64,000 nt of DNA from Candidatus Hydrogenedentota bacterium (GTDB lineage: Bacteria; Hydrogenedentota; Hydrogenedentia; Hydrogenedentales; SLHB01): positions 20,453 through 84,452 of the forward strand of contig JAWXCN010000032.1 of NCBI GenBank assembly GCA_034408725.1, written 5' to 3'. Positions within the stretch are counted from its first letter, which is position 1. Every line of letters begins with the position of its first letter. A program made the position numbers and the translations under genes. This document shows, one piece after another, positions 1 to 10,464 of the stretch. The notes beneath the pieces are model-generated. The model did no database searches. It was not told the origin of the DNA and was given only the letters and a program-made list of their open reading frames with translations.

Positions 1-1
1 C

Positions 2-1441
2 GTGAACGTGCTGGACGTGGCGGGGCAAGGGTCGGCGTGGTCACGGCAAGACGCCGATGGCAAACAGCGCATCCAAATTAAGACAAATCATCAGATTAGC
101 GACAGCTACGACGTCATCATTTCGTATGAGCGTCCATTCTCGGGTGAACTTGTGGACGTTCCCATCGCGCGCGTTTCAGATGTCGTGCGCGAGACGGGAT
201 ACGTGGGGATTTCGGCGCGCGGCAATGTCGAGGTAAGTCCCGCCGCGACGATCGAAGGGCTCACGCGGCTCGACGCGGCGGAGTTGCCGGTGGAATTACG
301 CGCGATGTCGCCCACGCCGGTATTGCTGGCGTTCCGGCATGGCGAGGGCGAACGGCTGCTCGCCGTTGATGTGCGGCGGTTGGAGGATGTCGCCGTGCCG
401 GATTCAACAATTGAATATGCCAGCATCACGACACTCGTCACCGAAGATGGTATGGCGGTCACGCGCGCGTCATACGAAGTGCGCAACAGCGTGCGTCAGT
501 TTTTGCGGGTGCGCGTTGACGAGAAAGCGGAGATTTGGTCCGCGCTCGTGGGTGATCGCGTTGTGAAACCCGCGCGCGACGCGACAACGGGCGAAATTTT
601 GATCCCACTGTCGAAGTCGGTCGAGGTTGATCGCCGGTTGGGCAGTTTTCCTGTGCATTTGTTGTATATGGAACGCATCGCCGCACCGAAGGGATTGTGG
701 AGCACCACAAACCTTTCAGCACCGGCAACGGACATTTTCGCAAATTCGGTGGAATGGGAAGTGCAACTGCCGGAACAGCGACCTTTGTACCGCGCGACGG
801 GTGATTTAGAGCGGATTGATGTCGCGTCGGGCGGAATTTTGGAATCGGCGCGCGAGCAAGTGCGTCCGGTGTCCACGACACGTCAGGAGAGACTGCATCG
901 ATTGCGGGAAGGCGTGCAGCGCTTTTTGATCACGGATATCAATAGCCCGATCGCAACCTCAGAAGGAAATGTTGATCGATATTCGGGCCAGAAGCTCAGT
1001 CCCGAGCAGACCGGGGCGGGTAAGGCGTCGTCATCAATCGCAGGCGTGCTACCGGTGTCGATTTCATTGCCGGAAGCGGGTTACTCCTACAGGTTCGGCA
1101 CGATTTTGGCAGAACAGGGCAAACCGCTGTCGCTGTCGTTGACGACGCTGCCACGCGCGATTCCGTTGACGCTTCGATATACAGTCTTGGGGTTCGCGTT
1201 GTTACTGGGCGTGACCCTGGCCAGGCTCGCTGTGACCAGCGCGTACCGCAAGAGATTCGGCAGGCGCGCTGCAACCGTACTTGCAGTTGGAATTGGAACA
1301 GTTGCCTGCGCGGTGTATGTCGACGGCGTCTCACTACTGGAAGCGACGGTAACAATTGCGGGCTCGTTTGTGTTGGTGCTGTTTGCTGCGAGGGCGCGCT
1401 CACAATTCCTCTTGGTTCAGCCGGCGCCGGAAGTGCGTTAG
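2..1441 (+). CDS. Large hypothetical membrane-anchored protein, 5'-truncated by the window edge
   Basis: 479-aa frame open from the window start; three hydrophobic segments near the C-terminus; stop lies 2 nt before the next ATG. Confidence 0.75.
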   Translation: MNVLDVAGQGSAWSRQDADGKQRIQIKTNHQISDSYDVIISYERPFSGELVDVPIARVSDVVRETGYVGISARGNVEVSPAATIEGLTRLDAAELPVELRAMSPTPVLLAFRHGEGERLLAVDVRRLEDVAVPDSTIEYASITTLVTEDGMAVTRASYEVRNSVRQFLRVRVDEKAEIWSALVGDRVVKPARDATTGEILIPLSKSVEVDRRLGSFPVHLLYMERIAAPKGLWSTTNLSAPATDIFANSVEWEVQLPEQRPLYRATGDLERIDVASGGILESAREQVRPVSTTRQERLHRLREGVQRFLITDINSPIATSEGNVDRYSGQKLSPEQTGAGKASSSIAGVLPVSISLPEAGYSYRFGTILAEQGKPLSLSLTTLPRAIPLTLRYTVLGFALLLGVTLARLAVTSAYRKRFGRRAATVLAVGIGTVACAVYVDGVSLLEATVTIAGSFVLVLFAARARSQFLLVQPAPEVR

Positions 1442-1443
1442 CC

Positions 1444-2193
1444 ATGTTCAACAACGCATGGCGCAGAATGCGCACCGTGGAATTTGTTGCTTTGTTCGGC
1501 ATTATGCTTGTCGCGCTGCTGGTGTGCGTGCCGCTGCTGACACGCGCGCGCGAGGCGGCGCATAGGGCTTCGTGCCAGAACAACCTGAAGCAGATGGGAA
1601 TTGTCTTCAAAATGTACTCTTCGGAGAATAAGGATTACTTCCCGCCTTTGAGTCCAATCATCGACAATTGGATGTTCGATACCGGAGCCGTAATTCCGGA
1701 ATATCTGACTGACGTACATATTCTGATCTGCCCGGACAGCCCGTTCAGCAGACCCGAAGTTTTCGATTCGTCGCGTAATAAAAGCAGCGCCGACGCGAGC
1801 TGCGTTTCCTCGCTGTTTTACATCTACACCGGCTACCTTATTTACAGCGATGAACAGGCGCAAGGGTTGTTCAACGCATATATGCTCGATCCGATGAAGG
1901 TCATCACGGGTAACTCGGTCGAGGTCCACGTACCGGTCTGGCCAGATTCAACTCGGGTGACGGGTTTGGTGGGCGATGGCGATATTCCGCTCATGTGGGA
2001 CCGGGTGCCACTCGGAGAGGATGAGTTCACGCACAACCCCGCGGGGGTGAACGTCCTCCATTTTGACGGTCACGTGGAATTTGTGAAGTACAGCTTTTAT
2101 AACTCGTCAAACTTTTTTCCCGCGACGCGTGTTGGGGCGGAGACTTTTGGCAGCGTTTTGCCGGAACTTCCGAATTACTGCGTTTACCAGTAA
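1444..2193 (+). CDS. DUF1559 / H-X9-DG pseudopilin-like protein
   Basis: N-terminal TM helix, then '[31 protein letters not shown]', 'LICPD' and C-terminal 'HNPAGVNVLHFDGHVEF'. Confidence 0.85.
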   Translation: MFNNAWRRMRTVEFVALFGIMLVALLVCVPLLTRAREAAHRASCQNNLKQMGIVFKMYSSENKDYFPPLSPIIDNWMFDTGAVIPEYLTDVHILICPDSPFSRPEVFDSSRNKSSADASCVSSLFYIYTGYLIYSDEQAQGLFNAYMLDPMKVITGNSVEVHVPVWPDSTRVTGLVGDGDIPLMWDRVPLGEDEFTHNPAGVNVLHFDGHVEFVKYSFYNSSNFFPATRVGAETFGSVLPELPNYCVYQ

Positions 2194-2486
2194 CCGCCGG
2201 CGCACGCTCTTTCGCGCGCAATTCGATTCCGCGATAGTTATTGTTTCGATAGTGTCGCGACTCTTTGATGATGTCTCCCTTGTTAACTCGCTAGAAATGT
2301 CCCTTTAGTGTAGCTGCCCAATGGAGGCGGCTATATGAAGGCGTCATTTTCAACCTGGAACGGAGGAACCGGTTTTGCCGGCCTTGCCTGCATACGTAAT
2401 TGTATTGGAGCGGTTGCCGCATTAGACTGGCGCGACTTACATTATCAAGGCTTGCGCAGTCTCATTCGGAAAGGACATTACACATC

Positions 2487-3863
2487 ATGAGCACACACGA
2501 ATCGAATGCCACGGCTACGAACAATTCCACTACGCGGCGGTCATTTCTTCGTTCGTCCGTCATTGCCGCGGGCGCAGCGTTGGGCGCGCCCGCCATTGTA
2601 CGGGGACAGAACCTAAACAGCCTCCTGAACATTGCGGTCATCGGCTGCGGCGGACGTGGTGGCAGTAACCTCCAGGAAGTCTCGTCCGAGAACATCGTGG
2701 CCCTTTGCGACGTAAACGGAAACAATCTCGACAGCGCCGCGGCGAAATTTCCGAAGGCCGCCAAGTTCACCGATTTTCGCAAACTGTACGACAAACCTGA
2801 TCTGTTCGACGCGGTCGTCGTCAGCACCAGCGAACATACCCACGCGTTTGCGACGTTGCCCGCGTTGCACGAGGGCAAACACGTGTATTGTGAAAAACCG
2901 CTTACCCACAATATCTGGGAAGCCCGCATCATTCGCGAGGCCGCGGGGAAGGTGAAGGTCGCGACGCAAATGGGGACGCAGATTCACGCGGGCGACAACT
3001 ACCGTCGCGTGGTCGAGTTGATTCAGTCTGGCGCCATCGGCCCCGTGCGCGAAGTCCATGTTTGGGTTTCCCGCACGTGGGGATGGCAGGCGACGGAGGA
3101 GGAATCCAAAGCCGCGCAGGATATCGTGTTCACCAACGAACGGCCCAGCACGGCCGATCCGGTTCCCGAAGGGCTTGATTGGGATCTTTGGTTGGGACCC
3201 GCCCCCGAGCGGCCGTTCAGCAACGTGTACTTTCCGGGACCCAAATGGTATCGCTGGTGGGAGTGGGGCAACGGAACCATGTCCGACTTGGGCAGCCATT
3301 GGAATGATCTGCCTTTTTGGGCGCTGAATCTTAAACATCCAGTTACTGTCGACGCAGGCGGACCCGCTGTCCACCCGGACATCGCGCCCGCTTCCATGTG
3401 GGCCGCATATGAGTATGGCGCGCGCGGTGACATGCCTGCCCTCAAACTGACCTGGTATCAAGGCAAAGAAAAGCCCGCGCGTTGGACCGATGGCACAATT
3501 CCAAAATGGGACGATGGCGTGCTTTTCGTCGGTGACAAAGGAATGCTGCTTTCCGACTACAGCAAATACGCGCTGCTGCCCGAAGACCAATTCAAGGGAT
3601 TCACGCCACCACCGCAGACGATTCCCGCGTCATTGGGACATCACAAGGAATGGCTCCACGCCTGCAAGACTGGCGAGCCGACGACGTGTAATTTCGAGTA
3701 TGCGGGTTGGCTCACGGAGGCCAACCACTTGGGCAACGTGGCCTATCGAACCGGTAAGAAGCTTGAATGGGATGCAGTGAAACTGAAGGCCACGAATGCC
3801 CCTGAGGCCGACCAATACATCAAACGCATCTATCGCAAACCGTTCGTCTTTGACGCCAATTAA
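2487..3863 (+). CDS. Tat-exported Gfo/Idh/MocA family oxidoreductase
   Basis: Tat motif TRRSFL; '[10 protein letters not shown]', 'HVYCEKPL', '[11 protein letters not shown]', 'DLGSH'; ATG 2487 preceded by AAGGA. Confidence 0.9.
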   Translation: MSTHESNATATNNSTTRRSFLRSSVIAAGAALGAPAIVRGQNLNSLLNIAVIGCGGRGGSNLQEVSSENIVALCDVNGNNLDSAAAKFPKAAKFTDFRKLYDKPDLFDAVVVSTSEHTHAFATLPALHEGKHVYCEKPLTHNIWEARIIREAAGKVKVATQMGTQIHAGDNYRRVVELIQSGAIGPVREVHVWVSRTWGWQATEEESKAAQDIVFTNERPSTADPVPEGLDWDLWLGPAPERPFSNVYFPGPKWYRWWEWGNGTMSDLGSHWNDLPFWALNLKHPVTVDAGGPAVHPDIAPASMWAAYEYGARGDMPALKLTWYQGKEKPARWTDGTIPKWDDGVLFVGDKGMLLSDYSKYALLPEDQFKGFTPPPQTIPASLGHHKEWLHACKTGEPTTCNFEYAGWLTEANHLGNVAYRTGKKLEWDAVKLKATNAPEADQYIKRIYRKPFVFDAN

Positions 3864-3902
3864 GTTGCACGTAGACTCTTTGTTCGAGTAAAGTACCTGC
3901 CC

Positions 3903-4475
3903 ATGGGGCGCCACACGGTTCAATTTAGTTGTCATCACTGCAACCATTGCTGTACGGAAGTGATTTGCCTTCCGACGCCGTGGGACGTAATCCGTATTGC
4001 GCGGGATACGGGTCAAGACCCGTACAAGTTTCTCGACTTCGTCACTCCTGAAGACATTGACGAAGTCGACGAATTTGATCCGACTTGGTTATACGTCGGC
4101 GACCAGCGCTATATGATGGCGCTGCGCCGCTACGACCATGGCTGCCACTTCCTCGACAAGAAGACGAAGTTCTGCACGATTTACGAATCGCGCCCGATCC
4201 TTTGCCGGTTGTATCCGTTCAAAGTAACAGAGTTCCGCGATGGAACTTTCAAAGGGTTCACGTTGCACGATGACGTAGGGTGTCCACGGCACCGGGACGG
4301 TTCAACGCCGGTAAAGCCACTATATGAACTATATATGCAGGACACTGAGCACCAGGAAGATTACGAGTCGCTTGTCAAGGTATTCAATCAAAAGGACCAT
4401 GCATCGAAAAAGCCCGAGGACTTCATAGGGATGTTTATCGTCAAAGACGTCGTGGCCGGCGCAGTGCGGGTTTGA
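3903..4475 (+). CDS. YkgJ family cysteine-cluster (CxxCxxCC) protein
   Basis: 'FSCHHCNHCC' ... 'CHFLD...CTIYESRPILCRLYPF'. Confidence 0.85.
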   Translation: MGRHTVQFSCHHCNHCCTEVICLPTPWDVIRIARDTGQDPYKFLDFVTPEDIDEVDEFDPTWLYVGDQRYMMALRRYDHGCHFLDKKTKFCTIYESRPILCRLYPFKVTEFRDGTFKGFTLHDDVGCPRHRDGSTPVKPLYELYMQDTEHQEDYESLVKVFNQKDHASKKPEDFIGMFIVKDVVAGAVRV

Positions 4476-4560
4476 TTGGATTTTGTGATTCTACACGACC
4501 CGGCCGTTTGCGTAAAATGAACAGAATCAGCACTTTATGAATGTATTCGCGTATTTTCGT

Positions 4561-4589
4561 TTGACTTCACCCCTACCCCGTGCTATACT
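4561..4589 (+). promoter_or_regulatory. Sigma-70-type promoter upstream of the M23-bactofilin operon
   Basis: TTGACT-17 nt-TATACT with extended -10 TGn. Confidence 0.65.
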
Positions 4590-4720
4590 CCGCAAACTTG
4601 GTGGGAATCCCTAGGGTGGTATTCGGGGATTACAGACAGCGGGATTAGCCATTTGACTGTAACGGAATGCTGTGTGGCCCTTGTCCCCTGCGTTGTTGTG
4701 ATGAGCTCGGAGCACTTTTA

Positions 4721-5752
4721 ATGAAGCGCTGGACGGTTATGCTCATTCCCCATGGGCAGGGGAATACCAGAAGCCTGAATCTTTACTCGATGCAGTTATA
4801 CGTCTTGGTATCGGCGTTTGCCGTACTGGCGTTTACCGCAGCCTACACCTATCAATCCGCCCGAATCGCAAGCAAGGACGTGGAGCGGCTCGAACGCGAG
4901 AAACGCGCGCTTGGAGCGATGGCGGCCCCGCTAACGCAGCACCCCACGGCAATTTTAGCCGATGACGAACGCCTGACCATAGAGCAAAAAGTGCGCGAGG
5001 AATACGAAGGGCGCATGGTCGCGATTACCAGCGAGCTAAGCGAGCTCTATGACGTCGAGAAGAACTTCCGCAAGAACAACGGGTTACCGCCGCGCACGAA
5101 GACCCCGGCGGAATTTGTTGAGAATGTCAGCGCGGAACAGGGTGGAAAAGGTGGACCTCCCGGGTCCGATCCGGGGGACGACGCGCCATTGGCAAATGAT
5201 GCGCTGGTACGGCCACCATCGGTGATCGATGGGCTGGCGAATCCGAGCGCGGACCTCATCGTTCAGGAAATCAACATCCGCACGGAGAGCCTGCGGGAAT
5301 ACAACGAGTTGTACCTCGCGGCAAGCCAGGCCAAGAAAGAAGAAATTGATCGCACGCCGGGCATTTGGCCGGTCTCCCGCACGAAACGATCAATAGTCAC
5401 ATCACGGTTTGGACACCGCAAGGACCCATTCACACGGGACCTTAGTTTCCATGACGGGCTCGATATCGGCGCGCCGTATGGCACTTCGATTATTGCAACG
5501 GGCAAGGGGACCGTTATATCCTCGGGCTGGGACAAGTACCTTGGGAACCATGTCCGCATCGATCTTGGGGCGGGTATGGTCACGGTATACGGACATATGC
5601 AGAAAACGACGGTATCAGTTGGCGAACTCGTCGAGAAGGGCACGGAAGTTGGAAAGCTCGGCAGCACGGGACGCAGCACGGGCGCGCATTTACATTACGA
5701 AGTTCGAATCAACGGCAAGTCGGTGGACCCTGAACGCTACCTTGTCGAATAA
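4721..5752 (+). CDS. M23 family peptidoglycan metalloendopeptidase with N-terminal TM and coiled coil
   Basis: 'TSRFGHRKDPF', 'FHDGLDI' (HxxxD), 'TVYGHM', 'GSTGRSTGAHLHYEVR' (HxH); GGAG RBS before ATG 4721. Confidence 0.92.
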   Translation: MKRWTVMLIPHGQGNTRSLNLYSMQLYVLVSAFAVLAFTAAYTYQSARIASKDVERLEREKRALGAMAAPLTQHPTAILADDERLTIEQKVREEYEGRMVAITSELSELYDVEKNFRKNNGLPPRTKTPAEFVENVSAEQGGKGGPPGSDPGDDAPLANDALVRPPSVIDGLANPSADLIVQEINIRTESLREYNELYLAASQAKKEEIDRTPGIWPVSRTKRSIVTSRFGHRKDPFTRDLSFHDGLDIGAPYGTSIIATGKGTVISSGWDKYLGNHVRIDLGAGMVTVYGHMQKTTVSVGELVEKGTEVGKLGSTGRSTGAHLHYEVRINGKSVDPERYLVE

Positions 5753-5761
5753 GAAGCAGGC

Positions 5762-6217
5762 ATGTTAGACGCAGCAAAAAAACGAGTATACGGTGATACC
5801 AAAGTGGTAACAGTCATTGGGCAAGGCACAACAATCATCGGCGAAATCAAGTCGAAGGGCACTATCCGCGTCGAGGGCGTGGTGTCTGGCCGAATCCACA
5901 GTGAGGATTCGATTGTCGTTCAGGAAACTGGGCGAGTGAAGGCCGATCTGTATGCCGGCCAGGTGACGATTGCAGGAGAAGTGGAAGGCAATATCTTCGC
6001 GCAGGACCGCCTCGAGATCGCGACGAACGGCAAGCTGCTCGGCGACATCGTCGCGCCGCGCGTGAGCATTGCCGAAGGCGTCCTTTTCGAAGGCAAGTGT
6101 ACGATGAAGCCGCCCAACGCTACGGCCCCGCAACGCGTCACCGAAGATGGCGTGCAACAGGCCGCGCCACAGCGCCAGCCGCAGACGCCGCCCCAGGAGC
6201 CCTCGCAGCGCACGTAA
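5762..6217 (+). CDS. Bactofilin (CcmA-like polymer-forming cytoskeletal protein)
   Basis: Beta-helix repeats 'TVIGQGTTIIGEI...IRVEGVVSGRI...IAEGVLFEGKC'; Pro/Gln-rich tail. Confidence 0.9.
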   Translation: MLDAAKKRVYGDTKVVTVIGQGTTIIGEIKSKGTIRVEGVVSGRIHSEDSIVVQETGRVKADLYAGQVTIAGEVEGNIFAQDRLEIATNGKLLGDIVAPRVSIAEGVLFEGKCTMKPPNATAPQRVTEDGVQQAAPQRQPQTPPQEPSQRT

Positions 6218-6242
6218 TCATTTCTCAAAATCGTGTAAAATA

Positions 6243-6276
6243 TGGGGGCGGCCAACGATGGCCGTCCTATTTTTTT
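6243..6276 (+). terminator. Rho-independent terminator after the bactofilin gene
   Basis: GGGGCGGCC-loop-GGCCGTCCT stem followed by a T run. Confidence 0.6.
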
Positions 6277-6281
6277 GTGCT

Positions 6282-7388
6282 ATGACAAATTCAAAACAAA
6301 CAAATTCAAAGTCCCAGCGCCGCGTGCTTGTCGCGATGTCCGGCGGAGTGGACAGCTCTGTCGCCGCGGCCTTGCTCGTCGAGCAGGGCTACGACGTCGT
6401 GGGCATGACCATGCGCGTTGCGTCCGGCGAAGGCCGTGAGGTGTCGGACAAAGCCTGTTGCACACTGGATGCCGCACAGGATGCGCGCCGGGTCGCCGAC
6501 AAACTGGGCATTCCGCACTACGTTATCAATTACGTGCAGCGGTTCGAGCAGGAGGTCATTCAGGACTTCATCGGCGAATACCTCGCGGGCCGCACGCCGA
6601 ACCCGTGCTCGCGGTGTAATCAGCGCGTGAAGTTTGGCGCGCTGTACGAGAAGGCGCTCGCCATTGAAGCGGACGCAATCGCCACGGGACATTACGCACG
6701 GCTTGAGCGGCGCGGCGATCGTGTCGCGCTGCTTCGCCCCGTGGACAAGAACAAGGACCAAAGTTACACGCTTTCCGGTTTGGGCCAGGCGCAACTCGAA
6801 CGCGCAATGTTCCCCTTGGGCGAAATGTCGAAGGAGCAGACGCGCACAATTGCGCGATCGTTGGGTCTCGTTACCGCGGACAAACCGGAGAGCATGGAAA
6901 TTTGCTTTGTGCCGGGCGACGATTATCGCCGGTTTCTGGCGACGCGCGTGCAGGCTCCCACCGCGGGCCCCATCGTGAACTTGCAGGGAGAACTGGTTGG
7001 CCATCATTCCGGCTTGGTGAACTATACCGTGGGTCAGCGAAAGGGCCTCGGCATTGCCGCGGCCAAGCCGTATTACGTCGTGAAACTCGACATGCAGCGC
7101 AACGCATTGGTCGTCGGGCATGATGATGAAGCAACCGTGGGCGGATTGGCAGCAAGTCAGGTGAGTTGGTGCGCGCTTCCGCCGCAAACTGATCCCTTCG
7201 ATTGCTTCGTGCAGATTCGGTACAAGAGCGCGCCCATTCCATGTACGGTGACGCCAGGCGCGGATGGTTTTTCCGTCGCGTTCCACGTCCCGCAACGCGC
7301 TGTCTCTCCTGGGCAATGGGCGGTGCTCTACGACGGGGACACCGTGCTGGCGGCGGGGATTATTGATCGGCCCGAGGTCGGCGGGTAG
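6282..7388 (+). CDS. mnmA: tRNA 2-thiouridine(34) synthase
   Basis: 'VAMSGGVDSSV', 'GRTPNPCSRCN', 'IATGHYA', 'KDQSY', 'YTVGQRKGLGI', 'AVSPGQ'. Confidence 0.97.
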   Translation: MTNSKQTNSKSQRRVLVAMSGGVDSSVAAALLVEQGYDVVGMTMRVASGEGREVSDKACCTLDAAQDARRVADKLGIPHYVINYVQRFEQEVIQDFIGEYLAGRTPNPCSRCNQRVKFGALYEKALAIEADAIATGHYARLERRGDRVALLRPVDKNKDQSYTLSGLGQAQLERAMFPLGEMSKEQTRTIARSLGLVTADKPESMEICFVPGDDYRRFLATRVQAPTAGPIVNLQGELVGHHSGLVNYTVGQRKGLGIAAAKPYYVVKLDMQRNALVVGHDDEATVGGLAASQVSWCALPPQTDPFDCFVQIRYKSAPIPCTVTPGADGFSVAFHVPQRAVSPGQWAVLYDGDTVLAAGIIDRPEVGG

Positions 7389-7389
7389 C

Positions 7390-8082
7390 ATGTATTCTAC
7401 CGAAGAAAACGAGTATGCCGACGAATCCGAGATGCTTGAAATCAAGAGCAATGCTCCATTGAACCGCAGCCTGCGCAAAGGACATCGGGACGCGGCGGAA
7501 AAACGAGGGCGTTACGCTGGACAACCTATAGATTTTTCTACCCACCCTGTAATCGTATCCGTGAGCTTGAACGCGGCGCATTGCATCAGCAAACAAAACC
7601 AGCCAAGCATTCGTCTCATGACTGGCCTCGGTGTCGAAGGCGACGCGCATTGCGGCGAGACGGTCAAGCATCGTTCGCGCGTCGCGCGTGATCCAAGCCA
7701 ACCAAACTTGCGCCAGGTGCATTTGATTCATAGCGAGCTGCACGACGAATTAAGGAAAAAGGGTTTCGAAATTCTTCCGGGGCAAATGGGGGAGAACATC
7801 ACCACGCGCGGGATTGATTTGCTGGCGCTGCCGGTCGGAACAAAATTGCGCATTGGTGATTCCGCCGTTGTCGAGATTACCGGCTTGCGCAATCCCTGCT
7901 CGCAGCTTGATGGACTATATGACGGGCTCATGGTCGCGACAGTGCGCCGCGCAAAAAACGGGGACCTCATTCGAAAGGCGGGGATTATGGGCGTTGTGCG
8001 CGCAGATGGGGAAATCCGCCGCGGCGATTCAATTCGCGTTGAGCTTCCCGCGGAACCACATCGTCCGCTCGCTCCTGTCTGA
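7390..8082 (+). CDS. MOSC domain protein
   Basis: 'GLGVEGDAH', 'NLRQVHLI', 'PGQMGENITT', 'TGLRNPCSQL'; start codon uncertain. Confidence 0.85.
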   Translation: MYSTEENEYADESEMLEIKSNAPLNRSLRKGHRDAAEKRGRYAGQPIDFSTHPVIVSVSLNAAHCISKQNQPSIRLMTGLGVEGDAHCGETVKHRSRVARDPSQPNLRQVHLIHSELHDELRKKGFEILPGQMGENITTRGIDLLALPVGTKLRIGDSAVVEITGLRNPCSQLDGLYDGLMVATVRRAKNGDLIRKAGIMGVVRADGEIRRGDSIRVELPAEPHRPLAPV

Positions 8083-8087
8083 ATTCC

Positions 8088-8807
8088 ATGATTCGAGCCG
8101 TGCTATTCGATGCCGCCGGCACCTTGTTGCATATTCATCCTTCCGTAGGCGATGTCTACGCCTCCGAAGCTGCGTTGATGGGTGTCAACGTATCCGCGCA
8201 TGCATTGAATGATGCGTTCAAAAGCGCGTGGGGGAGTCTCCGGCCACCAGACGGCGCGTCGCCGTTCCACACCTCCGAATCGGTTGAGCGTGAGTGGTGG
8301 CGAAATCTTGTCCGGCAGGTTTTTGGCGAAGCCGGCGTGTTGGATCAATTTGGCGAGCAATTCGAACTTTTTTTCGACGCGCTATACGAAAGATTCGAAC
8401 AGCCCGGCTGTTGGCGGCTGTATGACGATGTCATTCCCGCGTTGGATGCGCTTGACGCGAGAAGGGTACCGTTTTCTATCGTTTCCAATTGGGATTCACG
8501 TCTTCCGCGATTGTTGCGCGCGATGGGAATCGCGGAACGCTTCCGATTCATCCTGACTTCCGCCGAAGTGGGCGTCAGCAAACCCGATGCCGAAATTTTT
8601 GCGCAGGCAGTTCGCAGATTGGGGTTTCCAGCCAGCGATGTGCTGCATGTGGGTGATTCAGTCGAGGAAGATTTAATGGCCGCGCAACGCGCCGGGCTTA
8701 AAGGCGTGTTAGTCTCGCGCAGGGAAACCATTCCGGCCAAACACGGGGCCATTGGAAATTTGTTGCAGATAATCAATGTATTGGAGGCATCCATAGCGAC
8801 GCCTTGA
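8088..8807 (+). CDS. HAD-IA family hydrolase (REG-2-like)
   Basis: 'VLFDAAGTL', 'VSNWD', 'KPDAEIF', 'HVGDSVEED'. Confidence 0.9.
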   Translation: MIRAVLFDAAGTLLHIHPSVGDVYASEAALMGVNVSAHALNDAFKSAWGSLRPPDGASPFHTSESVEREWWRNLVRQVFGEAGVLDQFGEQFELFFDALYERFEQPGCWRLYDDVIPALDALDARRVPFSIVSNWDSRLPRLLRAMGIAERFRFILTSAEVGVSKPDAEIFAQAVRRLGFPASDVLHVGDSVEEDLMAAQRAGLKGVLVSRRETIPAKHGAIGNLLQIINVLEASIATP

Positions 8808-9129
8808 GGGCCGCCGCAGTCCCAACAGGCTTCTTCCTATAACGTCGTTTTGGGAGAAGGACCACTTTGGGAGAAGGACTATTTGGACTGCGGTGGCGGA
8901 GCGGGTAGCGCAAACACCGCTTTGGCTGTTTATGGGAGAGGGCGTCGTGCGTGCAGGGTAAGGGTAGACCAACTGTGATAGACAGCCAAAGCGGCGCCTT
9001 GGGGGCCGCCGCAGTCCAAATGGGCTACTTGTTAGGACGTGGTTTTGGGAGAAGGACCTCGCTGGGAGATGGACTATTTGGACTGCGGTGGCGGAGCGGG
9101 TAGCGCAGACACCGCTTTGGCTGTTTATG
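8800..9129. repeat. Two degenerate ~135-bp direct repeats built from inverted REP-like motifs
   Basis: 8800-8934 and 8995-9129 share GCCGCCGCAGTCC...TTTGGACTGCGGTGGCGGAGCGGGTAGCGCA.ACACCGCTTTGGCTGTTTATG; ACAGCCAAAGCGG (8982-8994) is the reverse complement of CCGCTTTGGCTGT. Confidence 0.85.
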
Positions 9130-9314
9130 ACCAACAAACTGCCCACAACGCCATTCACACCGCTTCGGAAGGAATCTCCGGCGGTGATCTCATGCATGCG
9201 TTTTTAGGCGTCTACCAAAATCCATGTTTAATCCCAGAGGGGGTTGTGGCGCGCAGCCCAGGGTTACGACGTGATGCGCGGCGCTAACGCTGGGGGAAAA
9301 CTGACTGACTGTCA

Positions 9315-9662
9315 TTACAGATTACCCTTCGGCATCTTGGGTTCTCGCAAGGACAATTCCTGCGCCAGATTCTTCACTTCCGTTTCCAACCGCGAAATCT
9401 TGACGCTAAACTGCAAACACAACGTCACAACAAAGAATATCCCGAAGAAAAACAGCGTTGATGATGTCCAACCCGCCCCAATGAGTTTGGTGATCCATTC
9501 CAGAAGCGCGTAGTTGAGCCCCACAACGACAATCGCAAGGCCCGCGCAAATCCACAGCCACGAGTATTCCACACGCAGTTTTCTGCGCCGAACCAATTCG
9601 ATGATAAACGCCAACAACGTGATACCGAAAACTGCCGCGAGTATTTTTTGTCGAATGTCCAC
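9315..9662 (-). CDS. DUF2304 family membrane protein
   Basis: 'IIELVRRRKLRVEYSWLW' ... 'FSVKISRLETEVKNLAQEL'; lies directly downstream of a GT2 gene, the usual context for this family. Confidence 0.88.
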   Translation of the reverse strand: MDIRQKILAAVFGITLLAFIIELVRRRKLRVEYSWLWICAGLAIVVVGLNYALLEWITKLIGAGWTSSTLFFFGIFFVVTLCLQFSVKISRLETEVKNLAQELSLREPKMPKGNL

Positions 9663-9724
9663 TGTAGGCTCCGTGGTGTGTTTGACGATCTGTCGGATCA
9701 GTCCGATCAGCCGGATTTTTGGTA

Positions 9725-10429
9725 TCAGCCGTCTCCGCGCCGTATGAGATTCAGCGGAATATCCAACCCCATCCGGAACAGGTAATACAACGGGCGCAAC
9801 CCCGCGTGCATAGATTTACCAGCGCTTGGAAACATTGTCACCGGCAATTCCGCGATCCGCACGCCATGCCGGTGCAGCATCACGATGACATCCACGTCGG
9901 GATAATCAACGGGATAAGAGTCGTGCGCATACAACTCGAGTACGCGCCGGTTCATGGCCTGAAAGCCGCTCGTCGGATCAGTGATGGTTTGGCCAAGCAA
10001 CAACGACGCGAGCCGGCGGAACACAAACATTCCCGCGCGCCGCGCAAGCGGTATCGCGTAAGTGCCACCTTCGAGAAATCGCGACCCGATGCACAAATCA
10101 CTTTTGCCGTCACGGACGTATTCGAGCAACCGCGGCATGCAGGCGGGATTATGTTGTCCGTCTGCATCAAGCTGCACTACGTATTGGAAACCCGCGCGCA
10201 ACGCGTACTTGTATCCCGTCTGCAATGCCACGCCGTAACCGAGATTGTAGGGCAGCGACAGGACGATTGCGCCTGCTTCAAGCGCGCGGTCCACGGTCGC
10301 GTCGCGTGAGCCGTCATCGATTACAACTATTGTGGTATTTGGGAGGGCATCGTGCACGAGCGCTATGACACGGCCAATGTTGGATTCCTCGTTAAAGGCA
10401 GGCAGAAGAATCAGGGTGTCGTTGCGCAT
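9725..10429 (-). CDS. Glycosyltransferase family 2 (DPM/DPG-synthase-like)
   Basis: 'LPAFNEE', 'VIDDGSRD', 'QLDADGQH', 'IGSRF', 'TDPTSGF'. Confidence 0.92.
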   Translation of the reverse strand: MRNDTLILLPAFNEESNIGRVIALVHDALPNTTIVVIDDGSRDATVDRALEAGAIVLSLPYNLGYGVALQTGYKYALRAGFQYVVQLDADGQHNPACMPRLLEYVRDGKSDLCIGSRFLEGGTYAIPLARRAGMFVFRRLASLLLGQTITDPTSGFQAMNRRVLELYAHDSYPVDYPDVDVIVMLHRHGVRIAELPVTMFPSAGKSMHAGLRPLYYLFRMGLDIPLNLIRRGDG

Positions 10430-10435
10430 GGCGGA

Positions 10436-10464
10436 AGTGTAAACCGGGGGTAACCAATCGTCAA
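10436..10464 (-). promoter_or_regulatory. Sigma-70-type promoter, probably giving a leaderless GT2 transcript
   Basis: Minus strand reads TTGACG-17 nt-TACACT-6 nt-ATG, with no SD. Confidence 0.55.

Noticed and set aside
6306-7478. 390-aa minus-strand ORF (also 2613-3590, 28491-29363, 59962-60924 and 62696-63661)
   Set aside because: Antisense shadows of well-supported genes, common in GC-rich DNA; no protein motifs
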